Below are positions 1-13,326 of a stretch of 64,000 bases of DNA, one piece after another. The notes below the pieces were generated by a model. The model was given only the letters and a program-made list of their open reading frames with translations, did not search any database and was not told the origin of the DNA. Origin of the DNA: Mobula hypostoma (Eukaryota); NCBI RefSeq assembly GCF_963921235.1, contig NC_086097.1:151034001-151098000 (forward strand), given 5' to 3'. Numbering within the stretch: the stretch's first letter is position 1; every line of letters begins with the position of its first letter. The translations under genes were made by a program, and so were the position numbers.

Positions 1-186
1 TTGACCTTGTTGGATCCATATTCTTCACAACTTTTCTTATACATGAACCCATTCAACAGTCTTTTAAAAGTTGTTATTATACCTGCCTCAACCACTTGTT
101 CTAGCAGCTCATCCCATATACAAAGCGAGCTATGTAAATAACTTATACCTCAAGTTCCTATTAAATCTTTCTTCTCTCTCTTTAAA
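1..186 (-). mobile_element. Old CR1-type LINE 3' fragment, continuing at ~2722-2845 after a nested younger CR1
   Basis: Reverse-complement CR1 ORF2 C-terminal/3'UTR motifs (tacctgcctcaaccact; ttcctattaaatcttt). The sequence resumes after 2721 (ctctcgttcttgg...aaaagactgagcattcacc). Confidence 0.65.
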
Positions 187-2721
187 CATAGAACATACAA
201 CATAGAACATAGAATAGTACAGCACAGTACAGGCCCTTCGGCCCACAATGTTGTGCTGATCCTCAAACCCTGCCTCCCATATAAGCCCCCACCTTAAATT
301 CCTCCATATACCTGTCTAGTAGTCTCTTAAACTTCACTAGTGTATCTGCCTCCACCACTGACTCAGGCAGTCCATTCCACGCACCAACCACTCTGAGTAA
401 AAAACCTTCCTCTAATATCCCCCTTGAACTTCCCACCCCTTACCTTAAAGCCATGTCCTCTTGTATTGAGCAGTGGTGCCCTGGGGAAGAGACGCTGACT
501 ATCCACTCTATCTATTCCTCTTATTATCTTGTACACCTCTATCACGTCTCCTCTCATCCTCCTTCTCTCCAAAGAGTAAAGCCCTAGCTCCCTTAATCTC
601 TGATCATAATGCATACTCTCTAAACCAGGCAGCATCCTGGTAAATCTTCTCTGTACCTTTTCCAATGCTTCCACATCCTTCCTATGGTGAGGCGACCAGA
701 ACTGGACCCAGTACTCCAAGTGAGGCCTTACCAGAGTTTTATAGAGCTGCATCATTACATCGCGACTCTTAAACTCTATCCCTCGACTTATGAAAGCTAA
801 CACCCCATAAGCTTTCTTAACTACCCTATCCACCTGTGGGGCAACTTTCAGGGATCTGTGGACATGTACCCCAAGATCCCTCTGCTCCTACATACTACCA
901 AGTATCCTGCCATTGACTTTGTACTCTGCCTTGAAATTTGTCCTTCCAAAGTGTACCACCTCACACTTCTCCGGGTTGAACTCCATCTGCCACTTCTCAG
1001 CCCACTTCTGCATCCTATCAATGTCTCTCTGCAATCTTTGACAATCCTCTACACCATCTACAACAGCACCAACCTTTGTGTCGTCTGCAAACTTGCCAAC
1101 CCACCCTTCTACCCCCACATCCAGGTTGTTAATAAAAATCACAAAAAGTAGAGGTCCCAGAACAGATCCTTGTGGGACACCACTAGTCACAATCCTCCAA
1201 TCTGAATGTACTCCCTCCACCACCACCCTCTGCCTTCTGCAGGCAAGCCAGTTCTGAATCCAGCTGACCAAACTTGCCTGGATCCCATGCCTTCTGACTT
1301 TCTGAATAAGTCTACCGTGTGGAACCTTGTCAAATGCCTTACTAAAATCCATATAGATCACATCCACTGCACTACCCTCATCTTTATGCCTGGTCACCTC
1401 CTCAAAGAACTCTATCAGGCTTGTTAGACATGATCTGCCCTTCACAAAGCGATGCTGACTGTCCCTGATCAGACCATGATTCTCGAAATGCCCATCAATC
1501 CTATCTCTAAGAATCTTTTCCAACAGCTTTCCCACCACTGACGTAAGGCTCACTGGTCTATAATTACCCGGACTATCCCTACTATGTTTTTTGAACAAGG
1601 GGACAACATTCGCCTCCCTCCAATCCTCTGGTACCATTCCTGTGGACAACGAGGATATAAAAATCCTAACCAGAGGCTCAGCAATCTCTTCCCTCACCTC
1701 GTAGAGCAGCCTGGGGAATATTCCATCAGGCTTCGGGGACTTATCCGTCCTAATGTATCTTAACAACTCCAACACCTCCTCTCCCTTAATATCAACATGC
1801 TCCAGAACATCAACCTCACTCATATTGTCCTCACCATCATCAAGTTCCCTCTCATTGGTGAATACCGAAGAGAAGTATTCATTGAGGACCTCGCTACTTC
1901 CACAGCCTCCAGGCACATCTTCCCACCTTTATCTCTAATTGGTCCTACCTTCACTCCTGTCATCCATTTTTTCTTCACATAATTGAAGAATGCCTTGGGG
2001 TTTTCCTTTACCCTACTCGCCAAGACCTTCTCATGCCCCCTTCTTGCTCTTCTCAGCTCCTTCTTAAGCTCCTTTCTTGCTTCCCTATATTCCTCAATAG
2101 ACTCATCTGATCCTTGCTTCCTAAACCTCATGTATGCTGCCTTCTTCCACCTAACTAGATTTTCCACCTCACTTGTCACTCATGGTTCCTGCACCCTATC
2201 ATTCTTTATCTTCCTCACCGACACAAATTTATCCCTAACATCTTGCAAGAGATCTCTAAACATCGACCACATGTCCATAGTACATTTCCCTGCAAAAACA
2301 TCATCCCAATTCACACCCGCAAGTTCTAGCCTTATGGCTTCATAAGTTGCCCTTCCCCAATTAAAAATTTTCCTGTCTTCTCTGATTCTATCGTTTTCCA
2401 TGATAATGCTAAAGGCCAGGGAGCAGTGGTCACTGTCCCCCAGATACTCACCCACTGAGAGATCTGTGACCTGACGTGGTTCATTACCTAGTACTAGATC
2501 TTGTATGGCATTCCCCCTGGTCGGCCTGTCCACACACTGTGACAGGAATCCGTCCTGGACACACTTAATAAATTCTGCCCCACCTAAACCCTTGGAACTA
2601 ATCAGGTGTCAATCAATATTAGGGAAGTTAAGGTCACCCATGATAACAGCCCTGTTATTTTTGCACTTTTCCAAAATCTGCCTCCTAATCTGCTCCTCGG
2701 TATCTCTGCTGCTACCAGGGG
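186..2721 (-). mobile_element. Relatively young 5'-truncated CR1 (HER1-like) LINE: end of APE endonuclease, RT domain and 3'UTR
   Basis: ORFs 2180-2533, 1820-2179, 888-1916 and 363-833 give PTRGNAIQDLVL/GDSDH, NYRPVSLTSVVGK, YMDFSKAFDKVPH, SGVPQGSVLGPLLF, KFADDTK and YKTLVRPHLEY with only a few stops/frameshifts. A (TTCTATG)n-like tail lies at 186-215. Confidence 0.95.
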
Positions 2722-2842
2722 GCTCTCGTTCTTGGTTCCTCAACCCTGGAAAAAGACTGAGCATTCACCTTATCTGTGCTCCTCATTATTTGACATACGT
2801 CTTCATCACTTCTCAATCTCCTGTAGTCCAAGGGATAATATC

Positions 2843-3866
2843 CTGCCCTGGAGGTCAGCTACCAGTCATGTTTTGCAGGGATCTGTTCTGGGCCACTGCT
2901 CTTTTGTAATTTTTATAAGTGACTTTGCTGAGGAAGTGGAAGGGTGAGTTAGTAAGTTGCAGATGGTACAAAAGTTGGTGATGGATGGAGAGCGCAGAAG
3001 GTTCTCACTGATTACAACGGGACATTGACAGAATGCTGAGCTGGGCTGAGAAGTGGCAGATGTAGTTCAATCCGGAAAAGTGTGAAATGATACACTTTGG
3101 AAGGTCAAACAAAGGCAGGGTAAAGGTTAATGGAAGGATTCTTAGCAGTGTAGAGGAACAGAGGGATTTTGGGGTCCAGGTTCCTCAATTATGCCAAGCA
3201 AGTTGATAGGGTTGTTGAAAAGGCATATGGTGTTTTGGCCTTCATTAGTTGGAGGATTGAGTTCCAGAGCCATGAGGTAATGTTGAAGCTCTATAAAACT
3301 CCAGTTAGACCACACTTGGATTATTGTATTCAGTTCTTGCCACCTCATTATAAGAAGGATGCAGAAGCTTTAGTGAGGAAGCAGAGAAGATTTATCTGGA
3401 TTCTGCCTGGATTAGAGAGCATGCCTTATAAGGAAATGTTGAGAGAGTTAGGGCATTTCTCTTTGGAGCGAAAGAAGGTGACAAGTGACTTGATAGAAGT
3501 GTATAAGATGACAAGAAGCATTGACAGAGTGGGAAGCCAGTGCCTTTTCCCAGGGTGGCAATGGCTAATAGGAGAGGGTATAGTTTTAAGGTGATTGAAG
3601 GAAACTATAGGAGGGATGTCAGAGCTGTGTTTTCTTAGACAGAGAGTGATGGGTGCATGGAACGCACTGCGAGAGTGGGGGTGGGGGTAAAGGCAGAAAC
3701 ATTGGAGACATTTAAGAGACTCTTAGCTAGGCACATAAATGAAAGAAAAATGGATGTCTATGCAGGAAGGACGGGTTAGGTTGGTCTTGGAGCAGGTTAA
3801 AAGGTCAGCAAACATTATGGGTCAAAAGGTCTGAATTGTGCTGTGCTATTCTAGGTTCTATGCTCT
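2843..3866 (+). mobile_element. CR1 LINE 3' fragment
   Basis: ORF 3169-3594 (YKTPVRPHLDYCIQF, LFSLE-like, DLIEVYK), with a CR1 3'UTR and ttctaggttctatg tail. Confidence 0.9.
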
Positions 3867-4049
3867 GTGCAATCTTTCATTATAATTGAGACTTAGAAGC
3901 TGAGGCACAATTTGGATATGGCACCAAATTGGGGGAATTGTTTAAAATGTGAAAGATATTAATAATAATTAGCATTTAATACCCCTCCATTAATTTGCTA
4001 GGTGGAGGAGATGAAGTTCATCATTGAGCAGAAGCAACTTAGACTACAA

Positions 4050-5292
4050 AGGAAGATTAGAGACCAGGTATTCTCCAGCAACTTTTAGAGCATTAAATCA
4101 GAAAGATTATGAAATCAAATGTTGGCCCCTCCAGACAGAGACAGTTGGATTTATGATGGAAACTAAGGAAAAGGCAGAGGAATTAAACAATTACCATGTA
4201 TCTGATTTCATGGAAGAAGATCCACAGAATCTGCTGAATATATTGGAGAATCAAGCATTTAGAAAGAAAGTGCAACTGGAAGGAACTACTATTCAAAAAG
4301 TAGTCCTAGAGAATCTAGTGAACTTGAAACGTAATAAATCTCAAGGCCCTGTGATTTATGTTCCAAAGTTGTGAAGGAGATGGCTTTAGAGATAAAGGGT
4401 GCCCTGGCTGGCATCTCCCAGGGTTATGCCAATTCTGAAATTGTTCAGATTGAGAGCAACAAAAGTGACCCCACCATATAAGAAATAAAGGAGAGAAAAC
4501 ATACAGAATTACCCTTGTCTAATTCTGGAACCTGCAACGAAAGACATAATAACAAAATAATTTGGAAAATATATGACTGAGCAGACACATCATGAATTTA
4601 TGAAATATAAATTGTATTTGACACATCTGGTAGAGTTCTTACAGGATGTGACTAATGGAATAAAAAAGGACCAGTGGATGTGATCTATTGAAATTTTTGG
4701 AAAGATTTAGATTAAGCCCACATTGGAGGTTCGTCAACAAGCATAGAGAACAAGGGACTGGCATGAATAGAGAATTATCAACCAGAAGGCAACAAATGAG
4801 AATAAATGGATCCTTCCCAGGTTGGCATACAGTAACAAGTGAACTGCGACAGGAATCAGTGTTCGGGCACAGATAATCACAATCAATGTCAATCATTTGG
4901 CCTAAGGAACAAAGCATCACGTTTGCTGGTAGTGAGTGATTGTGAAGGTTGACAGTCTAGATGTTGGGTGTATATTTCCTCTGGCTGAGGAGTTTTGGAG
5001 TTGGGACACCATTTAGGAATAAAGGTAAGTATTTCAGAATGAGATGAGGAAAAATATTTTTTAGTCAGTGTTTCCTGAACCCTTAAAATTCTCTGCGCTG
5101 GATGCCTGTAGAGTTTCAGCTGCTGAGCTCATTTGAAACAGATCGATAAATTTCTGGATATTAAGGGAATCAAGAGGTATGGTGATTCTGGTGGAAAATA
5201 TCCTAAGGCAGAAGATCAGCAGTGATTTTAATGAATGGTGGAGAAGAGTTGAAGGGCCTGTCGCTGCTTTTATTTCTTAAGTCCTTAAGTTC
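4050..5292 (+). mobile_element. Highly degenerate CR1 LINE
   Basis: Decayed RT motifs (KAEELNNY, KSQGP, WHTVTSELRQESVFG) and a CR1-type 3' end (gaatggtggag...gaagggcc...ttcttaagtccttaag). Confidence 0.75.
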
Positions 5293-5430
5293 TTTTTTTG
5301 AGCTGTGAGGCAGAAATCAGGAAATTGATGGAATATGGCACCACAACTTTAGAGGAGCTTGGCACTATCCAGAACAAAGCAGCCTGCTTCATGGTATCCA
5401 GTCTTCAACTGTAAACATTCAGTCCCTCCA

Positions 5431-7240
5431 TCATAGTACAGAAAAGTACAACACAGAACCAGGAGTCCAGCCCATCTAGCCTGTGCCAAAACATTTAAAC
5501 TGCCTACTCCCACAGCCATCTATATCCCTAACATCTATGTACCTATCCAAACTTATTTTAAACATTGAAATGGAGCTCACATGCACCATTTGCACTGGCA
5601 GCTCATTTCACACTCTCAAGATCCTCTGAGTGAAGAAATCTCCCCTCATGTTTCCCTTAAACATTTTACCTTTCTCTCTTAACCTCTAATTGTGGTCCCA
5701 CACAACCTTAGTGGAAAAGGCCTGCTCGCATCGAATCTATCTTTACCCCTCATAATTTTGTATACTTCTATCAAGTCTGTCCTCAATCTTTTATATTCCA
5801 AGGAATAAAGTCAATCTTTCCTTATAACTCAGGTTCTCCAGTCCCGGCAACATCCTTGTAAATTTTCTCTGTACTGTTTCAAACTTATATACATTTTTCC
5901 TGGAGTTAGGTGACCAAAACTGCACATAACACTCCAAATTAGGCTTCACCTGTGTCAACATAACATCCCATCTCCTGGACTCAGTACTTTGATCTATGAA
6001 GGCCAATGTACCAAAGCTTTCTTTACGACCCTATCTATCTGTGACGCCACTTTCAAGGAACTATGGACCTGTATTCCCAGATCCCTTTGTTCTACTGCAC
6101 TCCTCAGTGCCCCACCGTTCACTGTGTAAGACCTACCCTGGTTGGTCCTACTGTAGTGCAACATCTTGCACTTTAAATTCCATCTGCTATTTTTCAGCCT
6201 ATTTTTCCAACTGGTCCAGATCCTGCTGAAAGTTGATAGTCTTCCTCATACCTACTATACTTCCAGTCTTGGTGTCAAATGCAAATTTGCTGATCCAGTT
6301 AACAACCTTATTGTCTAGATAATTTATATAGATGACATACAACAATGGACCCAGCACCAATCCCCGTATAGCTCCACTAGTCACAGGCTTCTAGTCAGAG
6401 AGGCAGCCATCTACTACCACTCTCTGGCTTCTCCCACAAAGCCTATATCTAATCCAATTTACTGTCTCATCTTGAACGCTGAGTGAGTGAATCTTTTTGA
6501 CAAACCTCCATGTGGGATCTTGTCAAATGCCTTGCTAAAGACCATGCAGGTAATGACTTTCTGAGTTACTTGCTTGAAAAACTCTCTAAGATTGCTTAGA
6601 CATGACTTACCATGTACGTAGCCATGTTGACAATCCTTAGTCACTCCATGTCTAGCCAAATACTCATATATCCTATTCCTTTTTATACCTTCCAATAAGT
6701 TTCCCACTACGGATGTCAGGCTCACCAGCCTATAATTTCCTGTTTTTACTAGAACCTCTCTTAAACAGCGGAACAACATTGGTTATCCTCCAATTCTCAC
6801 CTGTCATTAAGGATGATTTAAATATCTCTGCTATTTTGGCAGTTTCTGCACTTTCCCCCCAACAGGGCCCAGGGGAACACATTGTCAGCCCTGAGGATTT
6901 ATCAACCCTAATTTGCTTCAAGACAACAAACACCTCCTCCTCTGTAATCCCTACAGGGTCCATGAAGTTGATGCTGTTTTGATTCACTTCTATAGACTCC
7001 GTGTCTATCTCCTGAACAAATACAGAGGCAAAAATAATCTTTTAAGATATGCCCCCATCTCTTTTGGCTCCATGCATGGACTACCATTCTTATCTTCCAG
7101 AAAACCAACTTTGTCCTTTGCAATCCTTTTGCTCTTAGCGTACCTGTAGAATCCCTTAGGATTCTCCTTAACCCTGTCTGCTAGGAAAATCTCATGCTTT
7201 TTTTTAGCCCTCCTGATTTCTTTCTTAAATGTTCTCTTAG
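5431..7240 (-). mobile_element. CR1 LINE fragment (RT to 3'UTR)
   Basis: Minus-strand ORFs 6459-6779 (NYRLVSLTSVVG, FSKAFDKIPH), 6199-6384 (GLVLGPLLY, KFAFDTK) and 5791-6006 (LECYVQFWSP). Confidence 0.9.
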
Positions 7241-7326
7241 TGTAATATAGCTACTTTGGTGCACTCTACAGGAGGTGTTGCAACAATTCACTGAAACCTC
7301 TAGCCTGAGAAAATAATTGCAGTGTG

Positions 7327-7605
7327 ATTGATTGATTGATTAATTAATTAGCTTGTTTGGTGATTGATTCATTGATTGAGATAGAGCCGTCCCACCCGGC
7401 AAACCCAGGATTCAATCTAATCATGGGACAATTTACAATGACCAATGAACCTACCAGCTGGTATGTCTTTGGACTGTGAGAGGAGAGTGGGGCACCTGGA
7501 GGAAATCCACGTGGTCAGAAGGAAAATGTACAGACTTTTTACCGGCAGCAGAGGCAATTGAACCCCAGTCGCCTGTACCGTAAAGCTTTGTGCTGACCAC
7601 TGTAC
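7327..7605 (-). mobile_element. V-SINE (HE1-like) tRNA-derived SINE
   Basis: Reverse complement shows a tRNA-like head with B box (ggggttcaatt), V-domain-like tccaggtgccccactctcctctcacagtccaaagacatacc, and a (caat)n tail. Confidence 0.75.
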
Positions 7606-7884
7606 AGAATACAGCAGCTATGGTGCAGTGGTGGTACAGGAAATGAATGTTTAGGGTGACGAATGTGTGCTTTGCTTTCAAAAGTGTTGAGTTTCTTGGG
7701 TGCTGTACTTTTTCAGACAAATAAGTTGGACACCTTGTGTCTCTGAAAGACACATCACTATATGCAAGCAATACAATCAACTTTATAAACTACCTTCACT
7801 GTTAAATTGTTAATATCTTCATTGTTAAAATCAGGAATGTTCTTTTTTTGCAGCATTATTTACTCAGAGCCAATTAAGTGCCCT

Positions 7885-8500
7885 TGGGGTAGCATAGTTA
7901 ACAGACCTCCAGCAACTCGAGTTCAACCTTGACCTTCATTCTATTGGTGTGGAGTCCGTGCTCCTGTGGGTTTTACCTGGGTGTCATAGTCATAGAGTCT
8001 TAGAACACTACAACACAGAAATCGGTCCTGCAGCCCTTGTAGTCTATGTCAAACTATTGTACAGCCTGATTGCATCAAACTGCACCCGAACCATAGCCCT
8101 CAATACCCCTCACATCCTTGTAGCTATCCAAATTTATCTCAAGTGTTGAAATTGACCTTGCATCCACCACTTCTGCTGGCAGTTCATACCAAACTCTCGC
8201 CATCCCCTGAGTGAAGAAGTACCCCCCCCCCCATGTTCCCCTTAAACGTTGCACTTCTCACCCTTAAATCCAGTTATCATCTCACCCATCTGAAGGACTT
8301 GTAGGTTAGTTATCACCTCACCCATCTGAAGGTTAGTTGGCCATTACAAGTTGTCCATCGTGCCCAGGTGAGTAGTAGAATCTGCAGAGGGAATTGAAGG
8401 AAATGGGGAGAGAGTATTTTACATGGAAAGTCTGTGGCAGAATGGGATTGCTTTGCGAGCCAAGGTAAACTCAATTAGCCAAAATAGCTCCAGCTTGTTG
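7885..8500 (+). mobile_element. Degenerate V-SINE interrupted by a minus-strand CR1 3' fragment (~7985-8270)
   Basis: Head ctccagcaactcgagttcaacc and V-domain start gtgggttttacctgggtg, then an inserted CR1 tail (catagtcatagagtc...). The SINE resumes at ggttagttggccattacaagttgtcc. Confidence 0.6.
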
Positions 8501-9929
8501 GGCTCCTATGGTAATTGGAGGACTCTCTCCATTCCTCCTCCTAATTAAAGGCAGCAAGATATAAAACTTTATTTCCACGTTCACAGATAGAAGTTTAAGA
8601 TTTGCATCCAGATTATCCTCATGGCTTTACTCTCGTGTTTACCACCTACCACTTAAACCAGCAACTCTCCACTTTCCTTAATGGCTGGCTTCTCGAGCAA
8701 TTCGTCACAATCTGAATGATGGTAGGTTGACACGTTAAAACCTCTGCTAAGTTTATTTTTAAAACTGTATCCAAAAGATAGGAAATGGATGTATGCCCGA
8801 GTCTGGATGACATACAACATGGAGGAGATTTTGTTCTCCAGTGCACTGTAAAGGGCTAATCTTTCTGCTTATCAAACATCTTCACCTCTGTTGCCTGACC
8901 TTAACTGTACGTCACTGGGACCTTGAGAATGCAATATTACTGTGGGAATGCAATGGGGTAGCCTTGAGAGCAAGCCATGGGAACATCAGAGTTAGGCAAA
9001 CACAGGGTGGAACTCTTGAAGAGTGGTGGCAAGTGATGTTTCCTTCTGCTTTGGTGTTTTGAGCTCATGCTGAGGCATTGGTTCACTTACTGCAGCATTT
9101 ATATCAGTAGAGTAGGTGCAGACATAGAGCGCTTGGGGGCTTGAGAGTAGTTTTTTGAGGCTTCATTAATGGGTTGGCCGTGAATGGCGCAGCAGGTCAG
9201 GCAGAGTGGGTGGTGTGTTGCGGTGAGAGAGGCCGATACGTACCTAGTGTTTTAATGCTTGCCATCTGTGCTAATTAACGAAGTTTTATAGTTCAAAGTA
9301 GATTTTCTGCCTTACCGAGCTGGATTAGCAAACTTTTTGGTGTAATCAAACATCTTGAGGATTATGAAATATTGCCTCACACTCTTGAGCTGGTAAACAG
9401 TGCAAACACAGATTGCAGTGATGGAGTAGATGTTATATTCACATTCGTATTTCTTAAAGCATCGATGGAAGCATTCAGCCTCTCAATTCAAAAAGGTTGC
9501 ACAGAGCAATCCCATTCCCCCATTATTTACTAGTGATCTATTTTCACATGCCTATCAACTTCTCCTTTCAGCAACCTATTTACTCCAGGGGAAACTGGCA
9601 ATTAACTTACCAGTCAGCGAGTCTTTGAGACATAGGAGGAAACAAAGCAACCAGGGGAATGAAGCAGTCTTCTCAAAAAATGTCCAAAGACCACACAGCA
9701 GCATTCAAAACCTGGATCAAGTTCAGACCAATGGAGTGCGTTAGTCCTTTATAGTGGACTGCTTGAACTTAAATATTACTTCTTCATGAGTTCTTTTGCA
9801 ATTTCATCCTTTCAGACAAGTGCAGAGCATGCCAACATTCTGCTGATTTGCACCAAGTACCCCTTAGCCCCTTCGTGTTGGCATGGCGAGATTTGGAGGA
9901 AAATCAGGAAACTATACAATGTTCCCACT

Positions 9930-10178
9930 TGTGGGGGTCAAGATTTTATAGAGTGATGAGTGCCTGGAATATGCTGCCAGGGCAAATGTGCTGAGGTGAT
10001 TAAAAGCCTCTTTAGACTGGCACTTGAATTTGCAGCGAATGGAGAGATATGGATATTGACCAGGCAGAAGGGATTAGTTTAGTTAGGCTTTTAATTACTA
10101 GATTCATTAATTCAGCAGCACATTGTGGGCCCAAAGGCCTGGTCCTGTGTTGTCTGTTCTCTTTTCTATGTTCTATGA
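9930..10178 (+). mobile_element. CR1 3' end fragment
   Basis: Contains agagtgatgagtgcctggaat...cagcacattgtgggcccaaaggcctg...ttctatgttctatg. Confidence 0.75.
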
Positions 10179-10750
10179 TATTTGACTTCTGCTTGAATCT
10201 ATCAACATAATAAATAATTTGTCTGAACTAATCACTAATTTTTCATCAAGCCTTTTTCATGCAGTAATGCCAATTTAAGCATGATGACAATGTGGAAATA
10301 TCCAATATGTTACCGCAGCAGTTTCAATGCCCCCTGGACACAGAGTCGCTCTGCATTATACATGATGATCCAGGAAGAATTCTTGGATAACATGATCCTG
10401 TCTGCCTGTGTCTGTTTCAGCTCTGCTATGGGATCTCTGAGGTTTTGGTATAATTATCAGTTATTATTAAATGACTGCACAGGCATTTGAAATAAAAGAA
10501 AAACAAATGATTGTACAAAACCATTTAATTAGCTTGACCTTTTATCTGCATTTTCAGGACCTCTCCCTTCTGCAACCACCCATCCTTGCACCAACATGAA
10601 GCTATGACTTCTCTCCAATTAAAAATAATACCCTTCTACATGCATTTCAGATTAAAAGCTTTGAAGCTCAAATAGTATTTCAATTGGCGTGAATACTAAT
10701 TGTGTCTTTAATTATAGTTAAATCTATTCTAGTAAATTTTATTAGAAAAG

Positions 10751-10778
10751 GATTCTGCAGATGTTGGAAATCTTGAGC

Positions 10779-10820
<42 letters not shown>

Positions 10821-11130
10821 GCTGGAGGAACTCAGCAGGCAAGGCAGAATCTACGGAAAAGAGGAACAAACAGTCCGTGCCCCTTCACCTCGAGGTAGGC
10901 CTACAATGAAGAAGTTTGATTCTCCTCAGTAAGACTCCCTCTCACTGCTAACCCTCAGTGGTCTCTCATGCTCTCTGCCTGCCAGCTTGTTCTCCTTCCC
11001 TCCTCCTCACCCCCCATCCTGTTCTGGCTTCGCCCCCTTCCTTTCTAGTGCTGATTAAGGGTCACATCCCAAACATTAACTGTTTATTCCTCTCCATAGA
11101 TGCTGAGTTCCTCCAGCATTTTGTGTGAGT
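10751..11130. mobile_element. Old Penelope-like element terminus in inverted arrangement, containing a (CA)19 microsatellite (10781-10818)
   Basis: Left arm gctggaggaactcagca is the inverse of right arm tgctgagttcctccagc. The right arm holds a decayed hammerhead-like motif (ctgattaagggtcacatcccaaac). Flanks attagaaa/attagaaa are a possible TSD. Confidence 0.75.
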
Positions 11131-12119
11131 GGATAATTAGAAAGGGAGGTACTGTAGTTGCTTAATGGCAGAGAGCAGCTGTAGGAGAAGGTTAGCTGAA
11201 GCAGCGAGTTTAATTTTTAATTAAAAAAGATCTTCATTGTATTTCTTTAATAAACAGGGCATTGGAGAACAGGGAGGCGTTTTACACAGTCCACCCATAA
11301 TATTTTTCATTAGTTTGGGAAGCGTAGGCTAGAGCTCTGTGTGAGTTAATACCCTGGAGGAATGAAGGTGCTTAGCACCAGAAACCAGTTAATTTGAGAA
11401 GGGAGACTGAAAGCAGTATACATAAATAAAGTGTTGCTCAGCTCACTTCAACCTGCGTTGCTGGGAGGAAATAATGAACCCATATTTTATGTTTCCCCCT
11501 TCATGAGAGATGGAAATTTCTCTCCCTTTTCACTACATAGATGCCGACCAAGACAGTTCTACATCACCTTCATCCAAACAGACATTCTGCATGTCGAGAC
11601 TAAATAGTGTTTAATATTCAAAAGGAGAACCTTACCTGTTGTCTTCAGGTAAGTAATCTCTACATCAGTGACAACAATCAGTATTCACAATCTTATCTCT
11701 ATATTTTTATCCTCTTCCCACTTCACTCTGCAGCCCCACAGCAATATCAGCTCAGATTTGATAACAGTACAAACCATGAATTTGAGTCTAGGATCCTGTG
11801 GTCTCAATAATTTTGAACTCACAGGAGAGTGTGTTTATCTGTGAAACCACTGGCTTTATTTTTGGCAGTAAATTTTATATTTAATGGCGAAGACCTGCAG
11901 TTATATAGATTTTCATGACCTCGGGATGTTCCTCAGTGCCAATGAAATACGTTTGGATATAGTTTTTATTGTAAAGAAGGCTACAGATTTGCAGCACAGA
12001 GGAGGTTATTTGATCCATAGAGTCTGTACTGGCTCACCATTAACAGCACAAACAGTCTCATTTTCCTGTTCTATCTATGTCACCTTTCAAACTTACTTCA
12101 ATGCACTATTTAATAGGAT

Positions 12120-13326
12120 ATAATGCCTGGATGAACAAGTGGTATGACTGTTGTGGCAGGGCTCAAATATACCAGACCAATGTAGATTTAAAAGCAAAAC
12201 TCACAGAAAATACAACAAAGTAGGACACATACAAAAAGCATGTTGGGCAGACAAAAATAAATGGACTGCACAGGTAAGACAAAAAGCTAAAAAGTCAAGT
12301 TGCAGTTTCAAAAACAGCACTAATCTTCATGCTGCTGATGGAAAATATGATAATCATGAAAGTGACACAGGACTGAGTAGCCTTGAGATTTGCAATGTGC
12401 AAACCGAAAATAGACAAGCAGAAGTGAATGGTAAATTAATTAAAAGGAAATTAGACACTGGTTCGGCTGTTCCAGTCATTCCATAAAATGAGTTTTAATA
12501 GAATTTCAAAGATGCTGAACTGAAGCCTGCAGATATCCAACTAAGAACTTCTACCAGAGAAAAGATAACTCCTGTGTGAATGATATTCATAACAGTGAAA
12601 CACAACAACCAACAAGTCACACTGGGCTTGTTTGTGGTAAAACCAGGAGGGCCAGTATTGTGAGGGCATGAATAATGAGACAACTACAGCTTGATCGGAG
12701 ATCCATCCATGCCACCTCCCCTGCAAAGGAGTCAACTGACAGCGAATTAAGAAAGGTACTGGGTGATGCCACAGCAGTGTTCAAGTATGACACTGGAAAA
12801 GTCAAACATATCAAGGATAAAATAGTGTCCAATGAAAATGCCACACCCATGTTTTGCAAATCCCATCCCATTCCTTATACCATCTGTGATTGATCGCCAG
12901 TGGACTAGATTGCATGGGGCTGAAGGAATTCTTTCGAAGGTTGAGTGGAGCCCATACACAGCACTAATGGTCCCAGTAGACAACAAGAATAGGTCTGCCA
13001 TCATCTGTGGTGATTTTAAGATCACCATCAAGTTGAGGTGATTCAATATTGAGTTGGAGTTTGTGGTTGAGCAGGGAGGAGTGTTATGTATTTAATATTT
13101 CAGTAATATTGCAAGTACATTGTTTGATTAAGCATTCTTTATTTAAATAATTCATTACAGGTTGAATGTAAAGGTACATGAAAGGCACATGAATGGTACA
13201 TGAACCGTCATATCATGTATACATGTGTGCCCTTGCTTAAGGTAAAAATGACGTTAGACTCACATTGCCAGCTCCCTTATTTTCCTTTTAATTAGATCTT
13301 TTGTTTTGGAATTACAGAATATACCA
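12120..13326 (+). mobile_element. Decayed, internally deleted Gypsy LTR retrotransposon (gag knuckle, protease, RT start, PPT, 3' LTR ~13082-13326)
   Basis: ORF 12151-12486 has a CCHC-like DQCRFK...KVGHIQKAC and protease KLDTGSAV. ORF 12832-13041 has VEWSPYTALMVPV...IICGDFK. Purine tract gagcagggaggag precedes tgttatg. Confidence 0.8.

Noticed and set aside
186..215. Short tandem repeats as CRISPR or telomeric arrays (also 7327-7380, 33048-33072)
   Set aside because: They are retroposon 3' tails without spacers in a eukaryotic context.
363..2533. Long ORFs (342 aa and others) as a host gene
   Set aside because: They are pieces of CR1 ORF2 with stops/frameshifts and a LINE tail. The overlapping + strand ORFs are antisense shadows.
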